This document shows, piece after piece, positions 13,875-25,650 of a DNA stretch of 64,000 nt (positions are counted from its first letter, which is position 1; every line of letters starts with the position of its first letter). Location of the stretch: assembly GCA_964016885.1 (NCBI GenBank), contig OZ024743.1, forward strand, positions 218,922,001 through 218,986,000, given 5' to 3'. Origin of the DNA: Eledone cirrhosa. Lineage: Eukaryota. The notes beneath the pieces are model-generated. The model saw only the letters and a list, made by a program, of their open reading frames with translations. It searched no databases and was not told the origin of the DNA. Both the position numbers and the translations under genes were made by a program.

Positions 13875-16800
13875 GAAGAAATATTGTAAGAAAAAAATTG
13901 TAAGAAAAAAGTTACTAACTGATATAGAAATTGATCAGATCAAGCTAGTAGCACAAAGTCAGCGAAGGGAAAATGAAGCATGTGTCAGTGAAAACGAGGT
14001 AAACTGTAACACTTCGAATCCCAGAGTTGGGGCGGAATCACTGGCAACAGAACAAATTAAAGAAAGGAGCGAAAAAGTGGAGGGAGTGCATGCTCAGGAT
14101 GAAACTCCAAATGAAAATAATGAGATCGTAAATGATAAAGAAATGAATGAGAATGAACTTGCCAACTTGAAGGATGAAATTATGATCGAATGGATGAAAA
14201 TGAAAGAATCTGACATGGGGGAACGAGACACCCTCCCTAAGATCCAGAACTCCAAACAGAACCAAAAGATAATACACAAGACTAACATAATTCTCAAAAA
14301 CATTATCATCACAAACAAAATAAACATTACTGACTTAAATCATCTCTATTATGCATCGGCTAAAGTCACCACTCACTTATGTGGAGTGAAGATGAAAAAA
14401 CAAAGGAATTCCCACAAGAAATCTACTTGGCAAGATAACATCAATCGCCAAATAACCCTTCTCCGATCTGACATAGAAATTTTAACAAACTATAAAGTAG
14501 GTGAACATGTTAAACAAACTAAACTTAGAAAATTAAAAAAAAAAGTACAGTATAAGATCAACATGTGACATAGACATGCTGATAGAAACAATCAAGCAAA
14601 AAGTGTCGGCCAAAGCTGCTCGTATAAGGCGCTTTGAAAAACGATCTAGATTCTATAAGGACAATAATATGTTCAAAAACAACCAAAGAAACTTCTACAG
14701 AAAAATTGGTAAGTCAACAATAACTGCTAAATCAATACCACCCAAGGAGGAAGTGCAAGAATTCTGGGAAAAGATCTGGGCCGAAGAAAAAGTTCATAAC
14801 ATACATGCCCCATGGATAGACAGACAAATGAAAGAAACAGCTCACCTTGAAGAACAAACATGGGAAAATATAACAGTTGAACAGCTGCGCTTGGCTCTAA
14901 GAAAAACCAGCAAATGGAAATCACCAGGAAAAGACAAAATACAAAACTTTTGGATAAATGCCTTCACAGAGTCTCATGAGCTGTTAGCCCAACTTTACAA
15001 TGAAATAGTTAAGGAGCCAGAAAAGATACCATCATGGCTAGTTAACGGCATTACATTCCTGCTACCGAAGAATGATGAGACAAACAATCCCAAAAATTAC
15101 AGACCGATAACCTGCTTGACCACAATGTATAAAATTTTAACATCAGTCCTAACTGAATACACATATGACCACCTGATAACAAATGACCTATTTCCCATTG
15201 AGCAGAAAGGGTGTAAACGAGGCTCATATGGCTGTAAGGATCAGCTTCTGGTTAACAAAATGATACTGGAAGATTGTCATAATAGACACAAAAATCTATC
15301 GATTGCTTGGATAGATTATAAAAAAGCATTTGATAGTTTGCCACACAGTTGGATTGAAAAATGTTTAGAGATTTTCAAAATATCCCCCGTTGTCAGGAGG
15401 TTTTTGTCATTCAGTATGAGGACATGGAGAACGACACTCCTTTTGAATAGTGAAACAAAATCACTGGAAGCTGGAGAAGTTAACATTAATTGTGGAATTT
15501 TTCAGGGTGACTCTTTATCACCGCTTTTATTCTGCATCGCACTTATACCATTAAGTAAAATGCTCAATGAAACAAAACATGGATATAGAGTCTATGACAA
15601 AACCATTAATCACCTGTTCTACATGGATGACCTGAAACTATTTGCAAAAAATGATGAACAATTGCAAGGGCTATTATCCACTGTGAAGCAGTTCAGTGAT
15701 GACATTAAAATGGAGTTTGGACTGGATAAATGCGCCAAAGCAACGTTCACCAGAGGAAAGCTGCTGAAGAGTTCAGACATTAATCTTGATCGGGGGAACG
15801 TGATAAGAGAGCTTGATCAAGAACAAACTTACAAATATCTCGGTGTTTGTGAAGGAGACGGAATCAAGCACTCGACAATGAGGGAAAGGATAAGGAAGGA
15901 ATGTTACCGCAGAGTCAGAGCAATCTTAAGAACGGAATTGAATGCAAGGAATAGGATCGATGCCATAAACACGCTTGCCATACCAGTAGTAACCTACAGT
16001 TACAATGTCATCAACTGGTCAAGCACAGAGATCCGTAGGCTCGATACAAAAATCCGAAAATTCTTAACCATGCACAGAATGCATCACCCTAAGGCAGACA
16101 TAGATAGAATATATCTCCCTAGGAAAGAAGGAGGACGTGGGTTAATCCAGTTAGACATTGCGTTGAAAACTGCAACAATTGGATTATCCACATATCTAAG
16201 GGAATCACATGATTGGATGATCAAACTCGTTTTGAAACACGAAAGCACCAAAAGATCATATTCCATTACAAAAGATGCACAAAGATACAGTAATGGACTA
16301 CAAATTTCAGAAGTCCCATTTACTGCTGAAATGGAAAACACAGAAAAAGCAAAGCAGGTAAAAGTAACTGCAAAGAAAGAACTGCTACAGAAACTGGCTA
16401 AGAAATGGCAAGAAAAGCCTCTGTATGGAAAATACCCAGAGCGAGCTAACAATCCTGATGTTGACAAAACTTTAACCCATCAGTGGTTGGCATCCTCTGG
16501 ACTGAAATCGGAGACTGAAGGACTGATTATATCCGCACAAGATCAGTGTCTGCCAACAAAAAATTACCAAGCCAACATAATAAAAAATGGGTGCAGCCCA
16601 CTATGCCGTGTATGCAAAAAACAACCAGAGACCATTGACCATATAATTTCAATGTGCAGTCCTATAGCTCCAACCGAATACGTAAACAGGCATGACAGAG
16701 CTGCACAATACATACATTGGATAATGTGTAAGCATTTTGACCTGCCCCATCAAAAGAATTGGTGGGAGCATCAACCACCTCCCATACTTGAAAAAGATCA

Positions 16801-17310
16801 CATCTCAATCTTGTGGAACTTTAGAATCCAAACAGACCGAAAAATAGATGCAAATAGACCTGATATAATATTGAAGGACTTTCAAAGGAGGGTATGCCTG
16901 CTAATTGATATGTCTGTTCCAATAGACAAGAATGTATCTATAAAAACATTTGAAAAATTGAGCAAGTATAAGGACCTGGAGATAGAAATTGGAAAAATGT
17001 GGAAATTGAGAACTAAAACAATACCAGTGGTTGTAGGCGCTCTGGGAATGATACCTAAGGGGTCTAACGACTACTTATCGCAAATCCCAGGAAACCCGCG
17101 TATAGGAGAAATACAAAAGATAGTACTAATGGGAACTGCCCATATACTAAGGAAGATCCTGTCAATATAAGTACATCACAAGTCTAAACACTAAGGATGC
17201 ATGTGTGAATATGTGTGTTCTTTCTTGAACATGGCGGACCTTGTTGTCTCTTGAGGTCACTGGTTGTGACTTGGTGATAACTCGTATAAACATAAAGCAA
17301 GATAAATGCA
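13873..17310 (+). mobile_element. R4/Dong-clade non-LTR retrotransposon, family B copy 1 (5'-truncated)
   Basis: RT motifs NYRPITCL, FQGDSLSPLLF, HLFYMDDLKL; CRVC..ETIDHIISMC knuckle; RHD; RPDIILKD RLE; ~140-nt 3'UTR ending in TAA. Carries a 14-bp tandem duplication ATTGTAAGAAAAAA at the 5' junction. Confidence 0.93.
14576..17170 (+). CDS. Uninterrupted RT + zinc knuckle + restriction-like endonuclease ORF of B1 (864 aa)
   Basis: Open ORF in the track. It is separated from its N-terminal part (13795-14568) only by one extra base in an A10 homopolymer at ~14535-14544. Confidence 0.85.
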   Translation: MLIETIKQKVSAKAARIRRFEKRSRFYKDNNMFKNNQRNFYRKIGKSTITAKSIPPKEEVQEFWEKIWAEEKVHNIHAPWIDRQMKETAHLEEQTWENITVEQLRLALRKTSKWKSPGKDKIQNFWINAFTESHELLAQLYNEIVKEPEKIPSWLVNGITFLLPKNDETNNPKNYRPITCLTTMYKILTSVLTEYTYDHLITNDLFPIEQKGCKRGSYGCKDQLLVNKMILEDCHNRHKNLSIAWIDYKKAFDSLPHSWIEKCLEIFKISPVVRRFLSFSMRTWRTTLLLNSETKSLEAGEVNINCGIFQGDSLSPLLFCIALIPLSKMLNETKHGYRVYDKTINHLFYMDDLKLFAKNDEQLQGLLSTVKQFSDDIKMEFGLDKCAKATFTRGKLLKSSDINLDRGNVIRELDQEQTYKYLGVCEGDGIKHSTMRERIRKECYRRVRAILRTELNARNRIDAINTLAIPVVTYSYNVINWSSTEIRRLDTKIRKFLTMHRMHHPKADIDRIYLPRKEGGRGLIQLDIALKTATIGLSTYLRESHDWMIKLVLKHESTKRSYSITKDAQRYSNGLQISEVPFTAEMENTEKAKQVKVTAKKELLQKLAKKWQEKPLYGKYPERANNPDVDKTLTHQWLASSGLKSETEGLIISAQDQCLPTKNYQANIIKNGCSPLCRVCKKQPETIDHIISMCSPIAPTEYVNRHDRAAQYIHWIMCKHFDLPHQKNWWEHQPPPILEKDHISILWNFRIQTDRKIDANRPDIILKDFQRRVCLLIDMSVPIDKNVSIKTFEKLSKYKDLEIEIGKMWKLRTKTIPVVVGALGMIPKGSNDYLSQIPGNPRIGEIQKIVLMGTAHILRKILSI

Positions 17311-17334
17311 AATAATAATAATAATAATAATAAT
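17311..17334. repeat. (TAA)n spacer between B1 and A2
   Basis: Pure TAA run. Confidence 0.96.
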
Positions 17335-20300
17335 CTGCCTGTGTGTTTGTTTGTTTATGTGTGTTCGTATACAGCGTGGTGATAATGCCACACAAGGGCC
17401 AAGTGGGATGGCGGATCCACAGATGGCTATGTAACCATACATTCGCCAATCCTCGATAAGAGTGTTTAAATATCGAACATAAACAGTTCGAATAACGGTG
17501 AAATGGAGACTAGAACGTCATGTGACAGACTCTCACCCAACAGGTGCCCCCTGGCTCAGCAGCAGGAACCTGACTGTCAACCAAATACTGCTGATGTTGG
17601 AGGAAGAAGAAGAAGGAAAGGGGCCAGAACCAACTGGACGAAAGAATTGAATAGAACTGTTATGCAATGCTACCTGAAAAGTAACCCCAAGGAGAGGGGC
17701 TACAGGAGACGGATGCATAACATCTGGAACGAGATTGGTTTATTTAAATTAGATGAACAAAAATTGGCCGGGCAGGCTCGGGTAATAAGAACTAATGGGT
17801 GGATAAGCGAGCTGGAACTGGAGGAACTGAGCAGAAAGAATGGCTTGGAGATGGCGGGTGTAGTATGCCAGACAAGCGAGCCAGTGAGAAATGAAGGTGA
17901 AGAGGTCCTGAGAACGGAGGAACCACCCGAAGCATACAATGATCTGAATACTGAGATAAATAATACCGGGAACAGAGATACGGCCACTGAGGAGATGAAT
18001 GCTGACGGGCTAGGACAAGATTCGGTTGACATCCTAAATTTAGTGGTAGATGAATTGAACAATGATAGTGGGAGACCTATGAACCTAAGATTTGTAGACA
18101 GGAAAAAGTTAAAAGAAACAACAGCTAAGGTAAACAAAGTCATCCCATACCTTGAGGCGAGGAGCCTTCACCAGTGCAACAATATCCTCAAAGCAACAGC
18201 AAATACGGTGAGGAAACTACTTGGTATAAAAGCGAGAGGAAACAACAGACAAGAAAGAGCAGAGCCGTGGTGGAAGAAGCGACTGAGTGGGCAAATCGGG
18301 GAAATGAGAAATGACATAGGAAAGCTTGAGTCACTACTGAATGGGACACTAAAAAACATAGGCACTAAAAATAGACTGGAAATAAAATACAAAACTAGGA
18401 GTAAAAAGCTAAATATTATCATAGAGGAATTGAAGCAACGCATTGTAGCAAAGAGTGCAAAAATCAGGCGATACGAGAACAGAGTCAGTCAGTATAAACA
18501 GAACCGCATGTTCGACAACAACCAGAAGATGCTGTTTGGACAGCTTGAGGGGAAAGAAAGAGGCAACGACTTGATCCCTGGGGCGGAACAAACTAAAACA
18601 TTCTGGAGAGGAATATGGGAGCAGGATGTTAGACATAATGCCCAGGCAGGGTGGATTGAGACAGTACAGAGGGAGATCGGTGAGCAGGCACAACAACAAA
18701 CTGATTTGAGTATCACAGTTGAAACTCTTAAGGGGCAGGCCAAAAAACTAACCAACTGGAAATCACCAGGCCCAGATGGTGTGCAGGGGTATTGGATTAA
18801 ACATTTAACATCCCTCCACCCGAAGCTGACGGCCATGTTCAATGACTGCTTGGTGTCGGGTGAGGTGCCAGAGTGGTTGACAAAAGGTACCACAGTTCTG
18901 ATAATGAAAGACCGAATCAAGGGTAATGATGTTACCAACTATAGACCTATCACATGTCTGTCCGTAATGCGGAAACTGTTGACGAGCATTGTGTCTGAGG
19001 AAATCTACCATCACCTCCACACAAACAACTTGTTACCGGACGAACAGAAAGGATGCCGAAAGAAGTCACGTGGTACAAAGGACCAGTTACTTATTGATAA
19101 GATGGTAATGGGGAATTGCAGGAGGAGACACACTGATCTTGCCATGGGATGGATAGACTACAGAAAGGCATTTGACATGGTGCCTCATTCTTGGATCACC
19201 AAAAGCCTGGAGATCTTCAGGGTGGCAGATAACATCAGACAGTTGCTGGGCAGGAGTATGGGATCCTGGGAGACAGAGTTGACATCAACTGGAGTATCCT
19301 TGGGAAGCGTGAAGATCAAGAGAGGTATCTTCCAGGGAGATAGCCTGTCCCCTCTGTTGTTTGTCCTTGCCCTAATGCCCTTGACCATTATGCTGCGAAA
19401 AGTGAGAGCAGGATACAAGTTGGGAAGGGGAGAGCTTACCATCAATCACCTCCTCTTCATGGACGATCTTAAGCTCTTCGGGAAAAGTGAGAAGGAGTTG
19501 GATGTGCTTGTTGACACTGTCCGTATTTTCAGCAGTGATATATGTATGCAGTTTGGTATTGGTAAATGTGGAGTCATTGTGATGAGGAGGGGTAGGTTGA
19601 GCAGAAGTAGCGGGATCCAGATACCAACAGGTGAGATGATAAAGGAAATTGACTCTGAGGAAGGATACAAGTATTTGGGCGTTCTGGAGGCTGATGGCAT
19701 AAAGAACAAAAAAATGAAGGAATTGTTAAGAACTGAATACATTCGGAGAGTAAGGAGCGTATTGAAGTCACATCTGAACAGCAGAAATGCCATAAGCGCA
19801 GTAAATTCCCGAGCTGTGTCTATTATTAGGTACAGTGCGGGAATTCTGAGATGGAATGTTGCTGAACAAAAAGAAATGGATAGGAAGACTAGGAAGCTAT
19901 TGACTATCTACAACATGTTCCACAAGAGGAGTGATGTCGATAGACTCTACCTAAGGAGATCTGAGGGTGGAAGAGGTCTTATCAGCATAGAGGACTGTGT
20001 TCAGATGGAGAAAAACAACCTATACAAATACGTGACCTATAGTAAGGAGCCAATGCTCAAAACTGTACTGAAGGAGGGGACAGTAGGCCAGGGGATGTCC
20101 AAGGAGGAAATAACATCAAGGAGGAAGAGCAGCCTTAAGGGAAAATCCCTTCATAGTACCTTCTTTGAGAAAACTGAATTTAGAGATCCACAGACATGGA
20201 ACTGGTTGAGAAGAGGAGACCTCAAAAAGGCTACAGAAGGAATGATAATGGCTGCGCAGGAGCAGGCCCTCAAAACGAAGTGGTTGAAGCACCATATTTA

Positions 20301-20970
20301 CAAGGAGGAGGCTAGCCCACTGTGCAGGATCTGTGGAGAGAGAGAGGAGACTGTGGCTCACATTGTGTCCGAGTGTAAACACCTAGCCCAGACCCACTAT
20401 AAGGGCTGGAGACACGATGTGATGGGCAGGGTGATCCACTGGCACCTGTGCAAAGTAAACAATTTACCACATTCTGAGAAATGGTATGAGCATAGGCCGG
20501 AGGCGGTGATGGAGAACAATCAGGTGAAGGTGCTGTGGGATTTTAGGATACAGACGGACAAAAAACTGGAACACAATAGACCTGACCTGGTGGTTGTGGA
20601 CAAAGAAAAAAGATCGTGTCTGATTGTGGATGTGGCCTGCCCGTTCGACACGAGAGTGCAAGAGAAGGAGAGGGAGAAAATTAACTGATACCAGGACCTA
20701 AAGTGGGAGGTGAAAAGGATTTGGAACTGCCATGAAGTCAAAGTGATCCCGATTGTCATAGGCGCACTGGGGACTATCTCCAAAAGTTTCCAGGGATGGT
20801 TAAAGAAAATCGGCCCCTTCACGCTTTTTGGAACGCTTCAAAAGGCATGCTTGCTTGGAACAGCAAGAACCCTCCGATACGTCCTGAATATCTGAGGCTG
20901 CCGGTAGTGGCTTGATATTCATTCCAACGGACTTTCCAGTTAACCAACATCAATGACTGAGATTCAAGGA
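17335..20970 (+). mobile_element. R4/Dong-clade family A copy 2, apparently full length with ~168-nt 5'UTR
   Basis: Has its own ATG at 17503 and the R4-type N-terminal motif WTKELNRTVMQCY...EQKLAGQARVI, followed by RT, CCHC and RLE. TAA flanks on both sides. Confidence 0.93.
17503..20895 (+). pseudogene. 1130-codon RT-RLE ORF with a single premature stop
   Basis: TGA at 20686-20688 where A1 has CGA (CpG-type transition). The frame continues to LRYVLNI*. Confidence 0.9.
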
Positions 20971-20978
20971 ATAACAAC

Positions 20979-21006
<28 letters not shown>
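20971..21006. repeat. (TAA)n spacer between A2 and B2
   Basis: TAA run starting with AAC interruptions. Confidence 0.95.
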
Positions 21007-21009
<3 letters not shown>

Positions 21010-24000
21010 GATAATAAAGAAGTCCTTGAGGCTTTCTACACTGCCATGTACTACCCATCAAATACATCGAATACAGAACAGACATATATCAACTGGAAAA
21101 AGAAACATCCCGAAAACAGAGGCTATATTGACAGTAACAAACTAGCCAATATACGAAGAAATATTGTAAGAAAAAAGTTACTAACTGATATAGAAATTGA
21201 TCAGATCAAGCTATTAGCACAAAGTCAGCGAAGGGAAAATGAAACATGTGTCAGTGAAAACGAGGTAAATTGTAACACTTCGAATCCCAGGGTTGGGGCG
21301 GAATCACTGGCGACAGAACAAATTAAAGAAAGGATCGAAAAAGTGGAGGGAGTGCATGCTCAAGATGAAACTCCAAATGAAAATAATGAGATCGTAAATG
21401 ATAAAGAAATGAATGAGAATGAACTTGCCAACTTGAAGGATGAAATTATGATCGAATGGATGAAAATGAAAGAATCTGACATGGGGCAACGAGAAACCCT
21501 CCCTAAGATCCAGAACTCCAAACAGAACCAAAAGATAATACACAAGACTAACATAATTCTCAAAAACATTATCATCACAAACTAACTAAACATTACTGAT
21601 TTAAATCATCTCTATTATGCATCGGCTAAAGTCACCACTCACTTATGTGGAGTGAAGATGAAAAAACAAAGGAATTCCCACAAGAAATCTACTTGGCAAG
21701 AGAACATCAATCGCCAAATAAACCTTCTCCGATCTGACATAGAAATGTTAACAAACTATAAAGTAGGTGAACATGTTAAACAAACTAAACTTAGAAAATT
21801 GAAAAGAAAGTACAGTATAAAATCAACAAGTGACATAGACATGCTGATAGAAATAATCAAGCAAAAAGTGTCGGCCAAAGCTGCTCGTATAAGGCGCTTT
21901 GAAAAACGATCTAGATTCTATAAGGACAATAATATGTTCAAAAACAACCAAAGAAACTTCTACAGAAAAATTGGTAAGTCAACAATAACTGCTAAATCAA
22001 TACCACCCAAGGAGGAAGTGCAAGAATTCTGGGAAAAGATCTGGGCCGAAGAAAAATTTCATAACATACATGCCCCATGGATAGACAGACAAATGAAAGA
22101 TACAGCTCACCTTGAGGAACAAATATGGGAAAATATAACAGTTGAACAGTTGCGCTTGGCTCTAAGAAAAACCAGCAAATGGAAATCCCCAGGAAAAGAC
22201 AAAATACAAAACTTTTGGATAAATACCTTCACAGAGTCTCATGAGCTGTTAGCCCAACTTTACAATGAAATAGTTAAGGAGCCAGAAAAGATACCATCAT
22301 GGCTAGTTGACGGCATTACATTCCTGCTTCCGAAGAATGATGAGACAAACAATCCCAAAAATTACAGACCGATAACTTGCTTGACCACAATGTATAAAAT
22401 TTTAACATCAGTTCTAACTGAATACACATATGACCACCTGATAACAAATGACCTATTTCCCATTGAGCAGAAATGGTGTAAACGAGGCTCATATGGCTGT
22501 AAGGATCAGCTTTTGGTTAAAAAAATGATACTGGAAGATTGTCATAATAGACACAAAAATCTATCGATTGCTTGGATAGATTATAAAAAAGCATTCGATA
22601 GTTTGCCACACAGTTGGATTGAAAAATGTTTAGAGATTTTCAAAATATCCCCCGTTGTCAGGAGGTTTTTGTCATTCAGTATGAAGACATGGAAAACGAC
22701 ACTCCTTTTGAATAGTGAAACAAAATCACTGGAAGCTGGAGAAGTTAATATTAATTGTGGAATTTTTCAGGGTGACTCTTTATCACCGCTTTTATTCTGC
22801 ATCGCACTTATACCATTAAGTAAAATGCTCAATGAAACAAAACATGGATATACAGTCTATGACAAAACCATTAATCACTTGTTCTAGATGGATGACCTGA
22901 AACTATTTGCAAAAAATGATGAACAATTGCAAGGGCTATTATCCACTGTGGAGCAGTTCAGTGATGACATTAAAATGGAGTTTGGACTAGATAAATGCGC
23001 CAAAGCAACGTTCACCAGAGGAAAGCTGCTGAAAAGTTCAGACATTAATCTTGATCGGGGGAACGTAATAAGAGAACTTGATCAAGAAAAAACTTACAAA
23101 TATCTAGGTGTTTGTGAAGGAGACGGAATCAAGCACTCGACAATGAGGGAAAGGATAAGGAAGGAATGTTACCGCAGAGTAAGAGCAATCTTAAGAACGG
23201 AATTGAATGCAAGGAATAGGATCGATGCCATAAACACGCTTGCCATACCAGTAGTAACCTACAGTTACAATGTCATCAACTGGTCAAGCACAGAGATCCG
23301 TAGGCTCGATACAAAAATTCGAAAATTCTTAACCATGCACAGAATGCATCACCCTAAGGCCGAGATAGATAGAATATATCTCCCTAGGAAAGAAGGAGGA
23401 CGTGGGTTAATCCAGTTAGATATTGCGTTGAAAACTGCAACAATTGGATTATCTACATATCTAAGGGAATCACGTGATTGGATGATCAAACTCGTTTTGA
23501 AACACGAAAGCACCAAAAGATCATACTCCATTACAAAAGATGCACAAAGATACAGTAATGGACTACAAATTTCAGAAGTCCCATTTACTGCTGAAATGGA
23601 AAACACAGAAAAAGCAAAGCAGGTAAAAGTAACTGCAAAGAAAGAACTGCTACAGAAACTGGCTAAGAAATGGCAAGAAAAGCCTCTGTATGGAAAATAC
23701 CCAGAAAGAGCTAACAATCCTGATGTTGACAAAACTTTAACCCATCAGTGGTTGGCATCCTCTGGACTGAAATCGGAGACTGAAGGACTGATTATATCAG
23801 CACAAGATCAGTGTCTGCCAACAAAAAATTACCAAGCCAACATAATAAAAAATGGATGCAGCCCATTATGCAGTGTATGCAAAAAACAACCAGAGACCAT
23901 TGACCATATAATTTCAATGTGCAGTCCTATAGCTCCAACCGAATACCTAAACAGGCATGACAGAGCTGCACAATACATACATTGGATAATGTGTAAGCAT

Positions 24001-24580
24001 TTTGACCTGCCCCATCAAAAGAATTGGTGGGAGCATCAACCACCTCCCATACTTGAAAAAGATCACATCTCAATCTTGTGGAACTTTAGAATCCAAACAG
24101 ACCGAAAAATAGATGCAAATAGACCTGATATAATATTGAAGGACTTTAAAAAGATGGTATGCCTGCTAATTGATATGTCTGTTCCAATAGACAAGAATGT
24201 ATCTATAAAAACATTTGAAAAATTGAGCAAGTATAAGGACCTGGAGATAGAAATTGGAAAAATGTGGAAATTGAGAACTAAAACAATACCAGTGGTTGTA
24301 GGCGCTCTAGGAATGATACCTAAGGGGTCTAATGGTTACTTATCACAAATCCCAGGAAACCCGCGTATAGGAGAAATACAAAAGATAGTACTAATGGGAA
24401 CTGCCCATATACTAAAGAAGATTCTGTCAATATAAGTACATCGCAAGTCTAAACACCTAAAGATGCATATGTGTGTATGTATGTTCTTTCTTGAACATGG
24501 CGGACCTTGTTGTCTCTTGAGGTCACTGGTTGTGACTTGGTGATAACTCGTATGAACATAAAGCAAGATAAATGCAACTG
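21007..24580 (+). mobile_element. R4/Dong-clade family B copy 2 (5'-truncated, two nonsense mutations)
   Basis: Near-identical to B1 but ~146 bp longer at the 5' end. Stops at 21583-21585 and 22885-22887 (TAC->TAG in YMDD). Short degenerate TAA tail at ~24581-24597. Confidence 0.92.
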
Positions 24581-24841
24581 TAATAATAAGAATAATACAA
24601 GGACAATTTGTTAAGCCTACATTACGTTTATTGATTGTTTACACATGTTTCGCTATTGTTCAGCTCAAGGTTCGATCTGTATCGATCTGGCCCGACTCCG
24701 GAATCAAAAGCTCGTCGGACCTCTGCTGTAGTAATAACAGATTCTGCCATTACTACAACAGAACCCAAACATCGAGTGCTCACCTGGGTGAACCTACTGT
24801 AACTTCACGTTACACTCCCTGGATATATATATATATATATA

Positions 24842-25178
24842 TCATCATCATCATACGTCCGCTTTTCCCTGCTGGCAAGGGTGGGACGGGAACCGGTTCT
24901 GGCTTGATTTCTACAGCTGGATGCCCTTCCTAACACCGACCTCATTTACAGTGTGGGCTGGGTGCTTTTTTTCCGTGGCACCTCCACGACCACTTTACAG
25001 TGTGGGCTGGGTGCTTTTTTACCGTGGCACCTCCACAACAACTTTGCAGTGGAATGATAGGGACCCCAGTCCCGATCATCTCATTTCTACAGCTGAGTAA
25101 ACTGGAGCAATGTGAAATAAAGTATCTTGCTCAAGGAAACAACACATCACCTGGTCTGATAATTGAACTCACAACTAT
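24842..25178 (-). mobile_element. CORE-type SINE with RTE-derived 3' tail and (TGA)n end
   Basis: CORE-like CCTTGAGCAAGATACTTTATTTCACATTGCTCCAG on the minus strand. Tail TTTCTACAGCTGGATGCCCTTCCTAACACC matches the RTE 3'UTR at ~51960-51990. Confidence 0.75.
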
Positions 25179-25398
25179 TGTGCTTGTGTATGTATTTATT
25201 TATTTATCTATTTATTTATTTATTTATTTATACTTCTCTTAGTTCAGTGTTGTTTGTTTGGGTGTTGTTGTTATTCCATCATTTTTTCTGAAAAATGAAT
25301 GGAATAACAACAACACCCAAACAAACAACACTGACCTAAGAGAAGTATAAATAAATAAATAAATAGATAAATAAATAAATACATACACAAGCACAATA
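25176..25398. repeat. Near-perfect palindrome with ~110-bp arms
   Basis: TATTGTGCTTGTGTATG...TTATTCCAT pairs with ATGGAATAA...CATACACAAGCACAATA around a very short centre. Confidence 0.92.
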
Positions 25399-25608
25399 AC
25401 AACAAACACATATAAACACACACTAGTAAAGATAGAATACATTAACCAATACACAATCACCCAAACACGAACACACATCAAACAAAACACTATACACACA
25501 CGCAAACGCATGCGCAAAGAAGACAAAAAAATAAACAAATAAATAAATATATAAACAGACTAAATAAAGATGGCGTAGACATACGATGCAATGGGAGGAA
25601 ACAATAGC

Positions 25609-25650
25609 ACCACTGACGATGTTGCAGATGTGCAACGAAAGAACTTTGAT
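25609..25650 (+). ncRNA. Minimal type I hammerhead ribozyme-like motif (Penelope-type)
   Basis: acca CTGACGA t GTTGCA-gatg-TGCAAC GAAA gaactt tgat: perfect 6-bp stem II, near-palindromic stem III, stem I 3 of 4 paired. Confidence 0.6.

Noticed and set aside
10735-23732. Repeated minus-strand ORFs of 60-150 aa within the Dong elements
   Set aside because: Antisense shadows of the RT ORFs; they recur only because the elements are near-identical.
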